Positions 19,502 through 29,271 of a stretch of DNA of 64,000 nucleotides are shown piece after piece. This DNA comes from Candidatus Omnitrophota bacterium (GTDB lineage: Bacteria > Omnitrophota > Gorgyraeia > JABMRN01 > RBG-13-46-9). The position numbers and the translations under genes were made by a program. The notes below the pieces were generated by a model, which made no database searches, was not told the DNA's origin, and saw only the letters and a program-made list of their open reading frames with translations. The stretch covers positions 65,540-129,539 of the forward strand of contig JBDRHE010000059.1 of the NCBI GenBank assembly GCA_043817155.1, in the 5' to 3' direction. Each line of letters begins with the position of its first letter. The first letter of the stretch is position 1.

Positions 19502-20265
19502 AAAAACACTATTGCGCCTGCGGCAATGAAAACAAAACCTAAGGGCACAAAAATTTTGAGCGGATTAAAGAAGAGGATTGTTCTTACGATTAAGGAGAGC
19601 ATGCTTGCCGTATCTTTTATAGGATGAAATTTAGACAGCCTTCCCCTGTGATCGTAGTCTATAGGCACGTATTTTACCGGACGGCCGCTGGTCAGGAAGG
19701 CAAGCGTTACTGTTGTCGTAAAGGAAAAACCGGAAGGTAGAATATTTAGAATCGACCTCACCTGATCTTTCTTCATTAGTCTAAAACCGGAATTCAGATC
19801 AGGTATCTTCTTCCCGCTTAAATAATTCGCCAGAGTCCTCAGTATATACTTCGCGATCTTCCTCAATATCGGTATATGGATATCTTTACCTGTTCTCGCT
19901 GCTACAACCATATCGTATTCGCGTCTATATTTTAGAAGTTCGGGTATCTTATTATTCGGATACGTGCCGTCAGCATCGATAATGATCAGGGTGTCGTACC
20001 GGGACCGGGCTATACCCTTTTTAAGAGATGCTCCATACCCCTCATTGCATTCGCTGCGCATAAAAACGATATCTTCCTTGCCGCCGACGATCTGTGGTGT
20101 AGCATCACTGGAACCGTCGTCAATTACAATAACTTCGTAATCGGACTGTAGCGAATCCAACACGTCTCTTATTTCGTCGATCACTCTGCCTACGGTCTTT
20201 TCCTCGTTATAGGCCGGAATTATAATGCTAACCCCGGCATCGTCGATATTTTCCATGGCCCCCAT
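19381..20265 (-). CDS. GT2 polyprenyl-phosphate sugar synthase (Dpm1/GtrB/ArnC-like) with C-terminal TM helices
   Basis: SIIIPAYNEE ... VIVIDDGSSD GT2 motifs; two C-terminal TM segments as in GtrB/ArnC. Confidence 0.75.
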   Translation of the reverse strand: MGAMENIDDAGVSIIIPAYNEEKTVGRVIDEIRDVLDSLQSDYEVIVIDDGSSDATPQIVGGKEDIVFMRSECNEGYGASLKKGIARSRYDTLIIIDADGTYPNNKIPELLKYRREYDMVVAARTGKDIHIPILRKIAKYILRTLANYLSGKKIPDLNSGFRLMKKDQVRSILNILPSGFSFTTTVTLAFLTSGRPVKYVPIDYDHRGRLSKFHPIKDTASMLSLIVRTILFFNPLKIFVPLGFVFIAAGAIVFFWSMFCLPKILDTTTMILAMAGIQTLVIGLLADLIDRRTR

Positions 20266-20367
20266 TAAACCCTCCTTCTAGTAAACAGATCGTGTCGATC
20301 TTCTGTCTGTGTAATCTCCTCTGCCTTCATAAGTAAAATCTGTATGATCACGATGAGTCTCTTTGCG

Positions 20368-21762
20368 CTAAAACTGAAAATATATAAACTGACTCGACAA
20401 ACTTGACTTATTAAAGAAGAGCAAGAATATACCTGTCGAATATGCGAAATATCTGACATAATACGGCAGCGACATGAAAACCTTATATACAGCGACACGC
20501 GCCCTTAGAATATGGATCGCAAAACAGGCAAGAAGCAACGTCAATGCCCCGGGCGTAAGAAAGACCGTACCCGTCTTTAGCGTAAGTATCGAGCGCGCGA
20601 TAGCGTATCCTTGCGAAAAATTCTCGGCTCTAAAAAATATCCACGCCAGCGAAATGAGCTGGAATGTAACGAATATCTTAAGGAAATTCGCGATAGGATT
20701 TTCCGGAAGCTTTATTTTTTTCTCTGTCAATTTCTCCATCACGAGATAAAAGCCGTGCAGTAGGCCCCATATAACAAACGTCCACCTGGCGCCGTGCCAC
20801 AAGCCGCCCAGAAACATGGTTATCATTACATTTACATATGTCCTTTCGAGACCCATTCGGTTCCCGCCGAGTGGAATATAGAGATAATCCTTAAGCCAGC
20901 TTGAAAGTGATATGTGCCACCGTTTCCAGAAATCGGAAAAACCGGAAGCTATATATGGTAGATTAAAGTTTTCCGGGATATCGTAGCCCATGATCTTCAT
21001 GCATCCTATGGCGATGTCACTGTATGCCGAAAAATCGCAGTATATTTGAAAGCCGAACGCGTATGCCGCCAGAAGCAGTGTAAGCCAATTATATTCCGCG
21101 TGCTGTGCGAAAGCATGATTCACGAAGATCGCCAGATTATCCGCTATAACCATCTTTTTGATCAGCCCCCAAAATATGCGGTGGCTTCCCAATACTAGAT
21201 TGTCAAACCGCAATAGCCTGGTTTTGCTGAATTGCGGAATTACCTGTGTAGCGCGTATGATCGGACCCGCTATTAGCTGCGGAAAAAAAGATATAAAAAG
21301 AGCCGTATCGATAAAGCTTGCGTGCCGGGTCCGGCGCCTGTATACGTCAATAACATAAGACATCGCCTGAAAAGTGAAAAATGATATGCCTATTGGAAGA
21401 ACTATGTTGACGGGCGTAATTGGGCCAATGTTAATAAGCGAGTCCAAAGAATTTATGTTATCAATAACAAAATTCGTGTATTTGAAGGTGCCCAGAAGAA
21501 GTAAGTTCCCTGCTATCGCGAAGGAGACCAGCAGTTTTCGCTTGCGCGCGTTCTGGCTCCTTGCAATGATCCCGGCGATGAAGTAATTAAAGAGTATCGA
21601 CCCTACTATAAGCCACCCATAACTTGCGTTCCAGTGCGCATAGAAAAAGAGGCTGGCCGCTACTAGAAACACCTTTTTGTATGTGTTCTTCTCCTGCAGC
21701 AAAAAGACTATGGCCAACACAACCGGAAAGAAAACAGCGAATGCTACCGAATTAAAAAGCAT
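20368..21762 (-). CDS. MBOAT-family membrane-bound O-acyltransferase (AlgI/DltB-like)
   Basis: Polytopic protein with conserved MBOAT histidine region (GGLWHGARWTFVIWGLLHG) and YIPLGGNR. Confidence 0.8.
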   Translation of the reverse strand: MLFNSVAFAVFFPVVLAIVFLLQEKNTYKKVFLVAASLFFYAHWNASYGWLIVGSILFNYFIAGIIARSQNARKRKLLVSFAIAGNLLLLGTFKYTNFVIDNINSLDSLINIGPITPVNIVLPIGISFFTFQAMSYVIDVYRRRTRHASFIDTALFISFFPQLIAGPIIRATQVIPQFSKTRLLRFDNLVLGSHRIFWGLIKKMVIADNLAIFVNHAFAQHAEYNWLTLLLAAYAFGFQIYCDFSAYSDIAIGCMKIMGYDIPENFNLPYIASGFSDFWKRWHISLSSWLKDYLYIPLGGNRMGLERTYVNVMITMFLGGLWHGARWTFVIWGLLHGFYLVMEKLTEKKIKLPENPIANFLKIFVTFQLISLAWIFFRAENFSQGYAIARSILTLKTGTVFLTPGALTLLLACFAIHILRARVAVYKVFMSLPYYVRYFAYSTGIFLLFFNKSSLSSQFIYFQF

Positions 21763-22650
21763 CTAAAGTCCTTTTTCCTTAATAAATTCCAGTATCTTGG
21801 CGGACATCCTTTCTCCGCCTGTGGGAGAGAGATGAAAATAGTCTGTAAAATCACTTTTTTCGACTTCCTCATTCATAAGATCGATGTACGGTATATCGTA
21901 TCTCTCTAGTATTTCAAGAATCGCATCGTACGCAGCCTTGACATATTTCAGATAAACCCTGCCACCCGCTGAATTCTGAATAAAAGCGTTGGGCGTTATT
22001 ACATAGATTACGTTTTTAAACTTATTTTCGTATATGCTCTTGCAGAACGGTTCTTCGCGTGATTTAAGTAATAGGAGATAGCCTTCAAGCATTTTGTCTG
22101 ATTTCATGGAAGTAAAATTTATATTCTCATCTATGTGCATGTAGAAAGCGAGATTATGGTATAGAAAATCATCTAACTTTGCGCCAAAAAACCTCTTCAG
22201 CACCCTTGCCTCCCTCTTAAGCGTATTATGTATATCAGGATATACGAGAAGTTCGTATAGGACTATATTATTGTTAGAAAATACTATCTCTTTATTCTCA
22301 TTAGGAAACCTGTCGATCCATTCAAGGTCAGGCCTATCTTTCACTATCTTCTCTAATTGCCTTCTTATCGAACGCAAAGCCGAACTCTCTACGGTCATGA
22401 TCTCTCTTGTCCCTTTTGGAGCTTCCTGCGTATAAACAAGCTTGTACGGCTTGAACATATTATCCTTATAATACTGTGGCAGATCTTCGCTTATCTCCTC
22501 CTCTGTCCTAAGCTTAAACTGATGATAAAGGAGCCATTCCGGGTTGCGATAGAGATACGCAAGCCTTACCCGAAGCCCTATCTCGCATGTAAAGACCAGG
22601 ATAAGAGACAGTACAAGCGCTCGTTTAATTATTTCCTTTTTCATACGCAA
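21763..22650 (-). CDS. AlgJ/AlgX/DltD-like partner protein of the MBOAT O-acyltransferase (SGNH-like)
   Basis: N-terminal signal anchor; DYFH(L)S motif resembling the AlgJ DTHW block; immediately downstream of the MBOAT. Confidence 0.4.
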   Translation of the reverse strand: MRMKKEIIKRALVLSLILVFTCEIGLRVRLAYLYRNPEWLLYHQFKLRTEEEISEDLPQYYKDNMFKPYKLVYTQEAPKGTREIMTVESSALRSIRRQLEKIVKDRPDLEWIDRFPNENKEIVFSNNNIVLYELLVYPDIHNTLKREARVLKRFFGAKLDDFLYHNLAFYMHIDENINFTSMKSDKMLEGYLLLLKSREEPFCKSIYENKFKNVIYVITPNAFIQNSAGGRVYLKYVKAAYDAILEILERYDIPYIDLMNEEVEKSDFTDYFHLSPTGGERMSAKILEFIKEKGL

Positions 22651-24154
22651 TGATATCTATATTCCTAAATGACTTTCTTTCAATTGGCCGATACCCTTCC
22701 CTACTAATCCAATCGACAATGGCCTGATTGGCTCCGAATACTTCAGCATTCCCGTAAACGCGGTAAAACCAAATCCTCCTGAAAGGTGATACTTTTCGCT
22801 TCAGTTGTTTCCAAACGTCGTTTGATGCGGCAACGTATTCGGTGCGGTTGTCATTTAGCTTAAAATATTTTCTTACTTCTACAAAGTTCGATACTTCATT
22901 AATTTCCGGAGCGGGATCAAAGGAAAGCAGACACTCGTCTTTGTCAATTGCCTGTGTCTGCAAAAATCTTACCGCAGATGCCGTCCCGAATTCTACGGAA
23001 ACGGCATGTGGAATTCTCATGGCGAAAACAATCAGCACGAACACTAAAAGCGTATTTCCTGCAAAGCGGTTTTTGGTCATTATCGTATGTATAAAAAAAG
23101 CTATCAATATTAGAAAGAGCGCGTGCAGCGCTGCGAGATATCGCGGAATTGGCGACAGTCCGATAAACGACGCCGAAAGCCATGAAATAAGAAGAGGCGC
23201 AACTGAAACAAAAGGTAAGAACCATACAAGATCCGCCTTCTGCGGAAAACGGGCCTTCAGTTTTGCCATTGTAAACAGAGAAAACAGACCGAAACTCACA
23301 AAGACCACAAGCGCAAGCATGCCCAGTACGCGCTTTGAAAAGTGGCCGGTTATCCCTCCGTGAAAGGTCATGAAATAGGGGTCAAAACCTGCAAGCGCCG
23401 CCATGTTACGCGCATAGATCCCAATTCGCAGCGCGCCCACATTAAACCCCTTATCCGCCCAATTGTAAGTGAAGCTCGAAGCATTGTCAAACTGACTAAC
23501 TGCATGAGGCAGCCATATGCAAAAAATGAGAGATGCGACGCAGATAGCTGACAACCATCTCAGTAGAAATCTCGGCTTCGTTCGTTTGAAGATAATAATA
23601 AAGAGCGTCTGCGCAAATAGGAGCGGCATTGCAAAGTAGAATGTAAGCATAGCGAGTACGGCCGAAAGCGCATAGCCAATCCAATATGGGAGATTCTCGC
23701 TACCCTTAATAATTTTAAGCATGAAAAACGTAGACAAGAGCATCCAGAATGCGGAATCTCCATAACTGCGCACATATTGAGAGGCAAATATAAGAAGCGG
23801 AGAGAACGTCGCCAATAATAGAGCTACCCTTGCTACTCCTTCGTTGAAGCACTCTTTCCCGATAAGATATATCAGCATACATACGCCGAGGCCGAACATA
23901 ACAAAATAGAGACGTATCCACCATATCGATTGGCTTAAACTCATCCAACCGGAAAGTAAAAAATACGTTAACGGCGGATATACGCTTCTGGCTTTAAGCA
24001 CGGAAACGATATTATTTAAACCCGACCCGGCAATAAGCATTGTCACTGTCTCATCGCCCGAATATTCCCTGGTCAGGTCGATAACTCTGAAAGAGAGACC
24101 GACGCCTAATAATATCAACACAACAAATAAAGGGTGACGGGTCAGTGCTTTCAA
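22625..24154 (-). CDS. GT-C fold membrane glycosyltransferase (GT39/ArnT-like)
   Basis: Polytopic protein; N-terminal loop GDE motif (EYSGDETVTM). Confidence 0.5.
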   Translation of the reverse strand: MKALTRHPLFVVLILLGVGLSFRVIDLTREYSGDETVTMLIAGSGLNNIVSVLKARSVYPPLTYFLLSGWMSLSQSIWWIRLYFVMFGLGVCMLIYLIGKECFNEGVARVALLLATFSPLLIFASQYVRSYGDSAFWMLLSTFFMLKIIKGSENLPYWIGYALSAVLAMLTFYFAMPLLFAQTLFIIIFKRTKPRFLLRWLSAICVASLIFCIWLPHAVSQFDNASSFTYNWADKGFNVGALRIGIYARNMAALAGFDPYFMTFHGGITGHFSKRVLGMLALVVFVSFGLFSLFTMAKLKARFPQKADLVWFLPFVSVAPLLISWLSASFIGLSPIPRYLAALHALFLILIAFFIHTIMTKNRFAGNTLLVFVLIVFAMRIPHAVSVEFGTASAVRFLQTQAIDKDECLLSFDPAPEINEVSNFVEVRKYFKLNDNRTEYVAASNDVWKQLKRKVSPFRRIWFYRVYGNAEVFGANQAIVDWISREGYRPIERKSFRNIDIIAYEKGNN

Positions 24155-24900
24155 GCTTTGCTCCTTGCGCTTTTACACTCTCTGGCTATCAGGCGCACAT
24201 ATGTGCCGACAGTCTTCCATTTATTCATCTTACTCTTTCCTTTTCTAAAGTCGCAGCGAAGAATCATCGGTACTTCGTCTATCCTTAAGCCCAATTTACT
24301 GAATTTGATGAGCATCTCTACCATACATACGAACCCGTTCTCCTCTATGAGGGAGCTCCCGTAAGCCCCAAAGGCCTTCCGTAAACTGGCCGTCCTATAG
24401 GCTCTGTAAAAAGAGCTATAAGTGTTGATCCCTTTGATCGGAAAGAGCAGTTTAAGCATTCCATTAGCAACGCTGCTTAAAAAAATACGGTCGATAGTCG
24501 TACCTACGATCTTTCCTTCGGGCGCATAGCAGGACGCTAGCACCACATCTGTGTGTGAATCGATCTTGTCCAGCATAGCATCCAGTATATCCAGATCGCT
24601 TGTATTGTCGGCTTCTTTTGTTACGATAATATCGTTATCCCCGGCTATCTCCAATGCGCGAGAAAAACCTGTTCTGAATGCCTGACCAACGCCTCTGTTC
24701 GTTTCATGGCTGATTACTTCCAGCGGGATCCTGTCTCTCGCGCTTAAGGCTTTCTCCTCCGTAGAATCCATGCTCCCATCGTTTATTAAGAGTATGCGAT
24801 AGTCCCCCCGATTCAATTCTTTCATCTTGCGACCAATATTATCCAAAAGCGCATCAATATTTTCCGCTTCATTGTACGCCGGAATAACAAACATTATCAT
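24151..24900 (-). CDS. GT2 glycosyltransferase, Dpm1-like polyprenyl-phosphate sugar synthase
   Basis: FVIPAYNE...LLINDGSMDST motifs; translationally coupled to the GT-C gene at 22625-24154. Confidence 0.7.
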   Translation of the reverse strand: MIMFVIPAYNEAENIDALLDNIGRKMKELNRGDYRILLINDGSMDSTEEKALSARDRIPLEVISHETNRGVGQAFRTGFSRALEIAGDNDIIVTKEADNTSDLDILDAMLDKIDSHTDVVLASCYAPEGKIVGTTIDRIFLSSVANGMLKLLFPIKGINTYSSFYRAYRTASLRKAFGAYGSSLIEENGFVCMVEMLIKFSKLGLRIDEVPMILRCDFRKGKSKMNKWKTVGTYVRLIARECKSARSKA

Positions 24901-25625
24901 GGTAACCCTTCACCTTCTTTCTGCTTCTCGTCATGCTTAATCGCGTATATCAGATATCGCCAGCAGAAGAGTCTTTGCATGTTAACTCTCCTAAGAACCG
25001 CATTGAGCCAATTGTCGAACGTTATGACCATCTTTTTAATAAAGCCGGCATTCGGTACTAGCTCTATCCCAACGTATCCACCACTTAACGGAAGGGCAAT
25101 AATATCGCGCCAGCTGTATTTTATAACTTTAAATCCGTTCTTCTCCAGCGCATCAACAACGTCATCCAGTTGCGCCTCCGGATCCTGATGCCTTATAATT
25201 TTTCGCGCCAATCTCACTATAAAATTCGGGTTTGGGTCAAATATAATAAGCTCTTTGGCGCATACCTCTTTTATCTTTTTCAATGCCGAGCTCATGCTCT
25301 CTTCGGTATCAAAATGATGAATTGTCTCTCTTAAAAGCACCGTATCAAAATGATCTTTCGGAAAATCCATATCGTGGACCGATACCTGCCCTACATTTAT
25401 GCCATATAGATCTTTCGCTATTTTAACCGCCTCGGGATCGGAGTCTATACCGGTTACCTGCGCATCGCGCCTGTTCTCTTTAATTTGCTTCATAAGGTTT
25501 CCGTAGCCGCATCCGATATCCAGGATCCTCCTGCCTGTTATTAGGCCTATAATGTCTCTATTTTGGACCCTGGCGACATCACCGTAGAATCTGTTCAGCC
25601 GGGCTTCTTTATTTGTAATATTCAT
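24897..25625 (-). CDS. Class I SAM-dependent methyltransferase
   Basis: Motif I ILDIGCGYGNL. Confidence 0.7.
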   Translation of the reverse strand: MNITNKEARLNRFYGDVARVQNRDIIGLITGRRILDIGCGYGNLMKQIKENRRDAQVTGIDSDPEAVKIAKDLYGINVGQVSVHDMDFPKDHFDTVLLRETIHHFDTEESMSSALKKIKEVCAKELIIFDPNPNFIVRLARKIIRHQDPEAQLDDVVDALEKNGFKVIKYSWRDIIALPLSGGYVGIELVPNAGFIKKMVITFDNWLNAVLRRVNMQRLFCWRYLIYAIKHDEKQKEGEGLP

Positions 25626-26608
25626 GGCTTACCGACTCTTTCCTGCAGATTCCCTTTACTGCGTTTAATTGTATTTGCAAATGTCTTTAACGTTACAAAA
25701 CTGTATCTCTTTTCTATTTTCCCCAAAATCCTGTGAAAAAGTCTTCTTTTCGTATCCAACGCTACACTCAACCCTGGTTGTTTAACGAAAATCTTATCGC
25801 GGACGGAATCTAACATGTCTGCGGGATGGAAGTTATAATTTAAATTCAGATCCCTTTTCCCTGTCATCCAAAATCCGAAATCGAAGAGTCTCGCCCCAAA
25901 TATGAAGAGAAACGTACTGTTGAACGGAAGATTAAAAAAAGGTATAACGCTGATCGGAATCTCAAGAATATCCCTCCCGTATCCCGCACGCCAAAACTTG
26001 CCTCTTTTCGGAAAATACGCCTTAAGGGGTGGTAACAGTGTTGGCAAAAATTCTGATGCTAAACCCTTCAAGGCATCGCGTTTTAAGATATGCCCGGATC
26101 TGATATAGCTGAACTTACGTAATGCGGGGTACGCGAAAAACTTATAAACCGAAGAATCATATAGATAACCGGCCCTATCGAGGATATCGATGGTAACTTC
26201 ATCTATATCGTATCCGGGAACCCTGAACCCCGAAGGTCTTTGCCCGCACGCCTCTTCTATTATTCTCGTAGATTCAAATATATCCTTCTCCTTCTCTTTT
26301 CTCGGCAGTAGCGAAAATCCGAACGCATGATTCAGACTGTGATTTGCGATCTCATGTCCTTCATCAATTACCCTCTGAAGCATAGTTTGCTTAGACGGAC
26401 TCGAACAATCGCTTGCTACTACAAAGAATGTGGCCTTGACACCATGTTCGCTAAAAAGTCGGAGGAATCTCGGCAAGACTTTCTCGTAGATAGGGTCGTT
26501 TGCGCGATAAGCGATAGATGGGCTTTGGCCATGAAATCTCAAGATAGAGTCCAGCGAGTCGACATCAACCGAAATGGTACAGTAGGGCTTTGATGATAAT
26601 GCGCTCAT
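25622..26608 (-). CDS. Polysaccharide deacetylase (CE4/NodB-like)
   Basis: ISVDVD ... ATFFVV ... HEIANHSLNH motifs of NodB homology domain. Confidence 0.6.
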   Translation of the reverse strand: MSALSSKPYCTISVDVDSLDSILRFHGQSPSIAYRANDPIYEKVLPRFLRLFSEHGVKATFFVVASDCSSPSKQTMLQRVIDEGHEIANHSLNHAFGFSLLPRKEKEKDIFESTRIIEEACGQRPSGFRVPGYDIDEVTIDILDRAGYLYDSSVYKFFAYPALRKFSYIRSGHILKRDALKGLASEFLPTLLPPLKAYFPKRGKFWRAGYGRDILEIPISVIPFFNLPFNSTFLFIFGARLFDFGFWMTGKRDLNLNYNFHPADMLDSVRDKIFVKQPGLSVALDTKRRLFHRILGKIEKRYSFVTLKTFANTIKRSKGNLQERVGKP

Positions 26609-27237
26609 ATGTCGGTCTTCTTCCTATCCTTCACTTCGAAATAATCTCCTATATCATCTATAAATTCTATGCCAAGCTTATCAAGCATTCTTAAAGATTT
26701 AATATTTTTCTTACATACGGCAGAAAAGGGGGTAAAACCCAAATTCCTGATCAAGGCCAGCTCTTTTTCTAACGCAGCCGTTCCGATACCTTTGCCCTGC
26801 CAATCCTGGGCAACAAATATCGCATATGACCCTTTTTTGGGAAAGAATAGTCTGATCAAAGCGTACCCGATTAAATCGCCGTTACAGAAGATTCCCAACG
26901 GGATATGTGAAGTCCTTTGAAAAATATCCGCTACTGATTTCATGTCGGTTTTATGCGGCATTGAAAAGATCGAAAGATCCACTTTAACCGAACGTTCGAA
27001 AAAAGTGTAGACATCTTTTATCGCCTCACGTGTCAATGTCTTCACTGTAAAACGCTCTCCTTTACAAGAAAAGTTATCCGAATAGTCTGCAATCGATACT
27101 TTTGGCTTGAAGAGCGAAAAATAACATTTAATGAATAGCTCATTGATCATAAGCATACATTTAAAGAGAATGCCCTGATTTGTCTGTAATCGCAACAGTA
27201 AATTGAAAATCTTTTTTTTCACGGTTAAGAATTTCAT
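26605..27237 (-). CDS. GNAT-family N-acetyltransferase
   Basis: Acetyl-CoA binding motif A QDWQGKGIGTAAL. Confidence 0.6.
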   Translation of the reverse strand: MKFLTVKKKIFNLLLRLQTNQGILFKCMLMINELFIKCYFSLFKPKVSIADYSDNFSCKGERFTVKTLTREAIKDVYTFFERSVKVDLSIFSMPHKTDMKSVADIFQRTSHIPLGIFCNGDLIGYALIRLFFPKKGSYAIFVAQDWQGKGIGTAALEKELALIRNLGFTPFSAVCKKNIKSLRMLDKLGIEFIDDIGDYFEVKDRKKTDI

Positions 27238-28214
27238 TCCGATTTTAACAATCTCTTCCTGTGATCAATAGTTCTTTTTATACCTTCCGTTAAGTCCACC
27301 ATTGCCTGGTATCCTAGTATCCGTTTAGATTTTTCCAGATCCGGCACACGCCTCATTACATCCCTGTATGTCCCGAATATGCGCTTATGCGGTGTACGTT
27401 TCAATTTTAGTCTGTTCTTAGTATTCGCGATTTTATGTATCAAATGCGCCGTATCGATTACGCTCAATTCTTCGTCGTTTCCGATATTGAAAATTTCACC
27501 GATCGCGCGTGGGTTTTCCAAAGCCAGAACTGTTCCTCTGACCAGATCATCCACGTATGCCATAGAACGGGTCTGCTTTCCGTCTCCGTGAATAACGACC
27601 TGCCTATTATTGAGGACAGCATCAATAAAAAGCGGCACATGTCCTCCGCTCCAGGTAAAGCTGGCCCGCGGGCTGAATCCACCGAAGTAGCGAATAACGA
27701 CTACCGGAACTTTGTGCTCTTTATAATAGGCAAATGCCAGCTGTTCGCCGTAAATTTTAGACACAGCATATGTCCACCTTTTTGCTGTCGGAGGCCCGAT
27801 AACCAGGCTTCCGTCTTCACTGAACGGTAATTCGCCTGATGTTCCGTAGACATCGGAAGTAGACGCAAAGATGACCTTTGCGCGTTTTTTTCTGGCCGCC
27901 TCGAAAATATTACGCGTTCCTTCAACGTTGACACGTAAAGTTCTGAACGCATCCCCTTTTTCATCGATCTTTTTGGAAGCCGCAAGGTGGATAATGATAT
28001 CGACACCTCTGGCGATCTGCTTTACTGCCTCAAGATCCAATATGTCAGCCTTTACAAACGTAAATCGCCTGTTTTTAAGATTATGTCGTATATTGACGAG
28101 TTTGCCGATCTTTAGATTATCTATGCCGACTACCCTATAGTTCCTTTTCAGAAGTTCATCCAAAAGATGCGAACCAATCAGCCCTGAGACACCGGTTATG
28201 AGGACTCTCTTCAT
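27234..28214 (-). CDS. NAD-dependent sugar epimerase/dehydratase (extended SDR)
   Basis: VLITGVSGLIGSHL Rossmann motif; YAVSKIYGE YxxxK. Confidence 0.7.
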   Translation of the reverse strand: MKRVLITGVSGLIGSHLLDELLKRNYRVVGIDNLKIGKLVNIRHNLKNRRFTFVKADILDLEAVKQIARGVDIIIHLAASKKIDEKGDAFRTLRVNVEGTRNIFEAARKKRAKVIFASTSDVYGTSGELPFSEDGSLVIGPPTAKRWTYAVSKIYGEQLAFAYYKEHKVPVVVIRYFGGFSPRASFTWSGGHVPLFIDAVLNNRQVVIHGDGKQTRSMAYVDDLVRGTVLALENPRAIGEIFNIGNDEELSVIDTAHLIHKIANTKNRLKLKRTPHKRIFGTYRDVMRRVPDLEKSKRILGYQAMVDLTEGIKRTIDHRKRLLKSE

Positions 28215-28215
28215 A

Positions 28216-29271
28216 TTATCCTTTCATTTTATTCGCTAAAATCTTCGCTATCCGTTCATGCGCTAAACCGTCCCCATAAAATCTTTCAGGGTCCATTATC
28301 TTGCGCAGCTTCGACATCTTCTTTACAGCCATAACTATCTTTTTGACATTCACTCCCGTTACACAATTGAGCCCGGCTTTCACCGTCTCCAGCCACTCGG
28401 TCTCGTTTCTGATTGTAACACACGGTGTGTTAAATATAAATGCTTCCTTCTGCACGCCGCCTGAATCAGTGACAATAACTTCGGCATTCTTCTCGAGATC
28501 CAGCATTTTTGAGTAGCTTACGGCTTTTGTAACTTTTATATTTCCGGCGATACGTATATTGTATCTCTTTATACATTTCGATGTCCGTGGATGAATCGGC
28601 AATATTACACATTTTTTTAACATGCCGAGTGCTTTAAATATATTCTTAATATTTTTTAAATTATCGGTATTTTCGGCTCTGTGTATCGTACAGAGTATAT
28701 ACTTCTCGGATTCCCCTTTCTTCTTTATTAGACTGCTGAATTTTTTTAAGCTATCATACATAACATCCCCGACAAGATGGACGCCTCGCGTCCTCCCTTC
28801 TCTTCTTAGATTGTCTACCGCTACCCTGGTAGGACAGAAGAGTACGCCGGAAATACTGTCCGTTACAACCCTATTGATCTCTTCCGGCATACTGCTATTG
28901 AAACTTCTAAGCCCCGCTTCCACATGCGCTATGCCAATATTGAGTTTTGAAGCGGCCAGCGCGCCTGCAAGGGTGGAGTTGGTATCCCCATAGACTAACA
29001 CCATATCCGGCTTTTCTTTAAGCAATACATCTTCTACCCCGATAAGCATCTTTGCGGTTTGCTTTGCGTGCGATCCGCAGCCCGCTCCAAGTTCATAGTC
29101 GGGCCTTCGTATATTAAGCTCACTAAAGAATACATCGGACATGTTTCTGTCATAATGTTGGCCCGTATGAATTACAACCTCTTTTATGTGTTGTGATTTA
29201 AGTGCCCTGGAGACTAATGCCATTTTAATGAACTGAGGCCTTGCGCCTATTATTGTCACTATCTTTTTCAT
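28216..29271 (-). CDS. UDP-N-acetylglucosamine 2-epimerase, non-hydrolysing (WecB-like)
   Basis: IIGARPQFIKMA...HTGQHYD motifs characteristic of WecB/MnaA. Confidence 0.8.
   Translation of the reverse strand: MKKIVTIIGARPQFIKMALVSRALKSQHIKEVVIHTGQHYDRNMSDVFFSELNIRRPDYELGAGCGSHAKQTAKMLIGVEDVLLKEKPDMVLVYGDTNSTLAGALAASKLNIGIAHVEAGLRSFNSSMPEEINRVVTDSISGVLFCPTRVAVDNLRREGRTRGVHLVGDVMYDSLKKFSSLIKKKGESEKYILCTIHRAENTDNLKNIKNIFKALGMLKKCVILPIHPRTSKCIKRYNIRIAGNIKVTKAVSYSKMLDLEKNAEVIVTDSGGVQKEAFIFNTPCVTIRNETEWLETVKAGLNCVTGVNVKKIVMAVKKMSKLRKIMDPERFYGDGLAHERIAKILANKMKG

Noticed and set aside
20265-20498. 77-aa ORF overlapping the 3' end of the MBOAT gene
   Set aside because: Overlaps a well-supported CDS in another frame; no domain; likely spurious.
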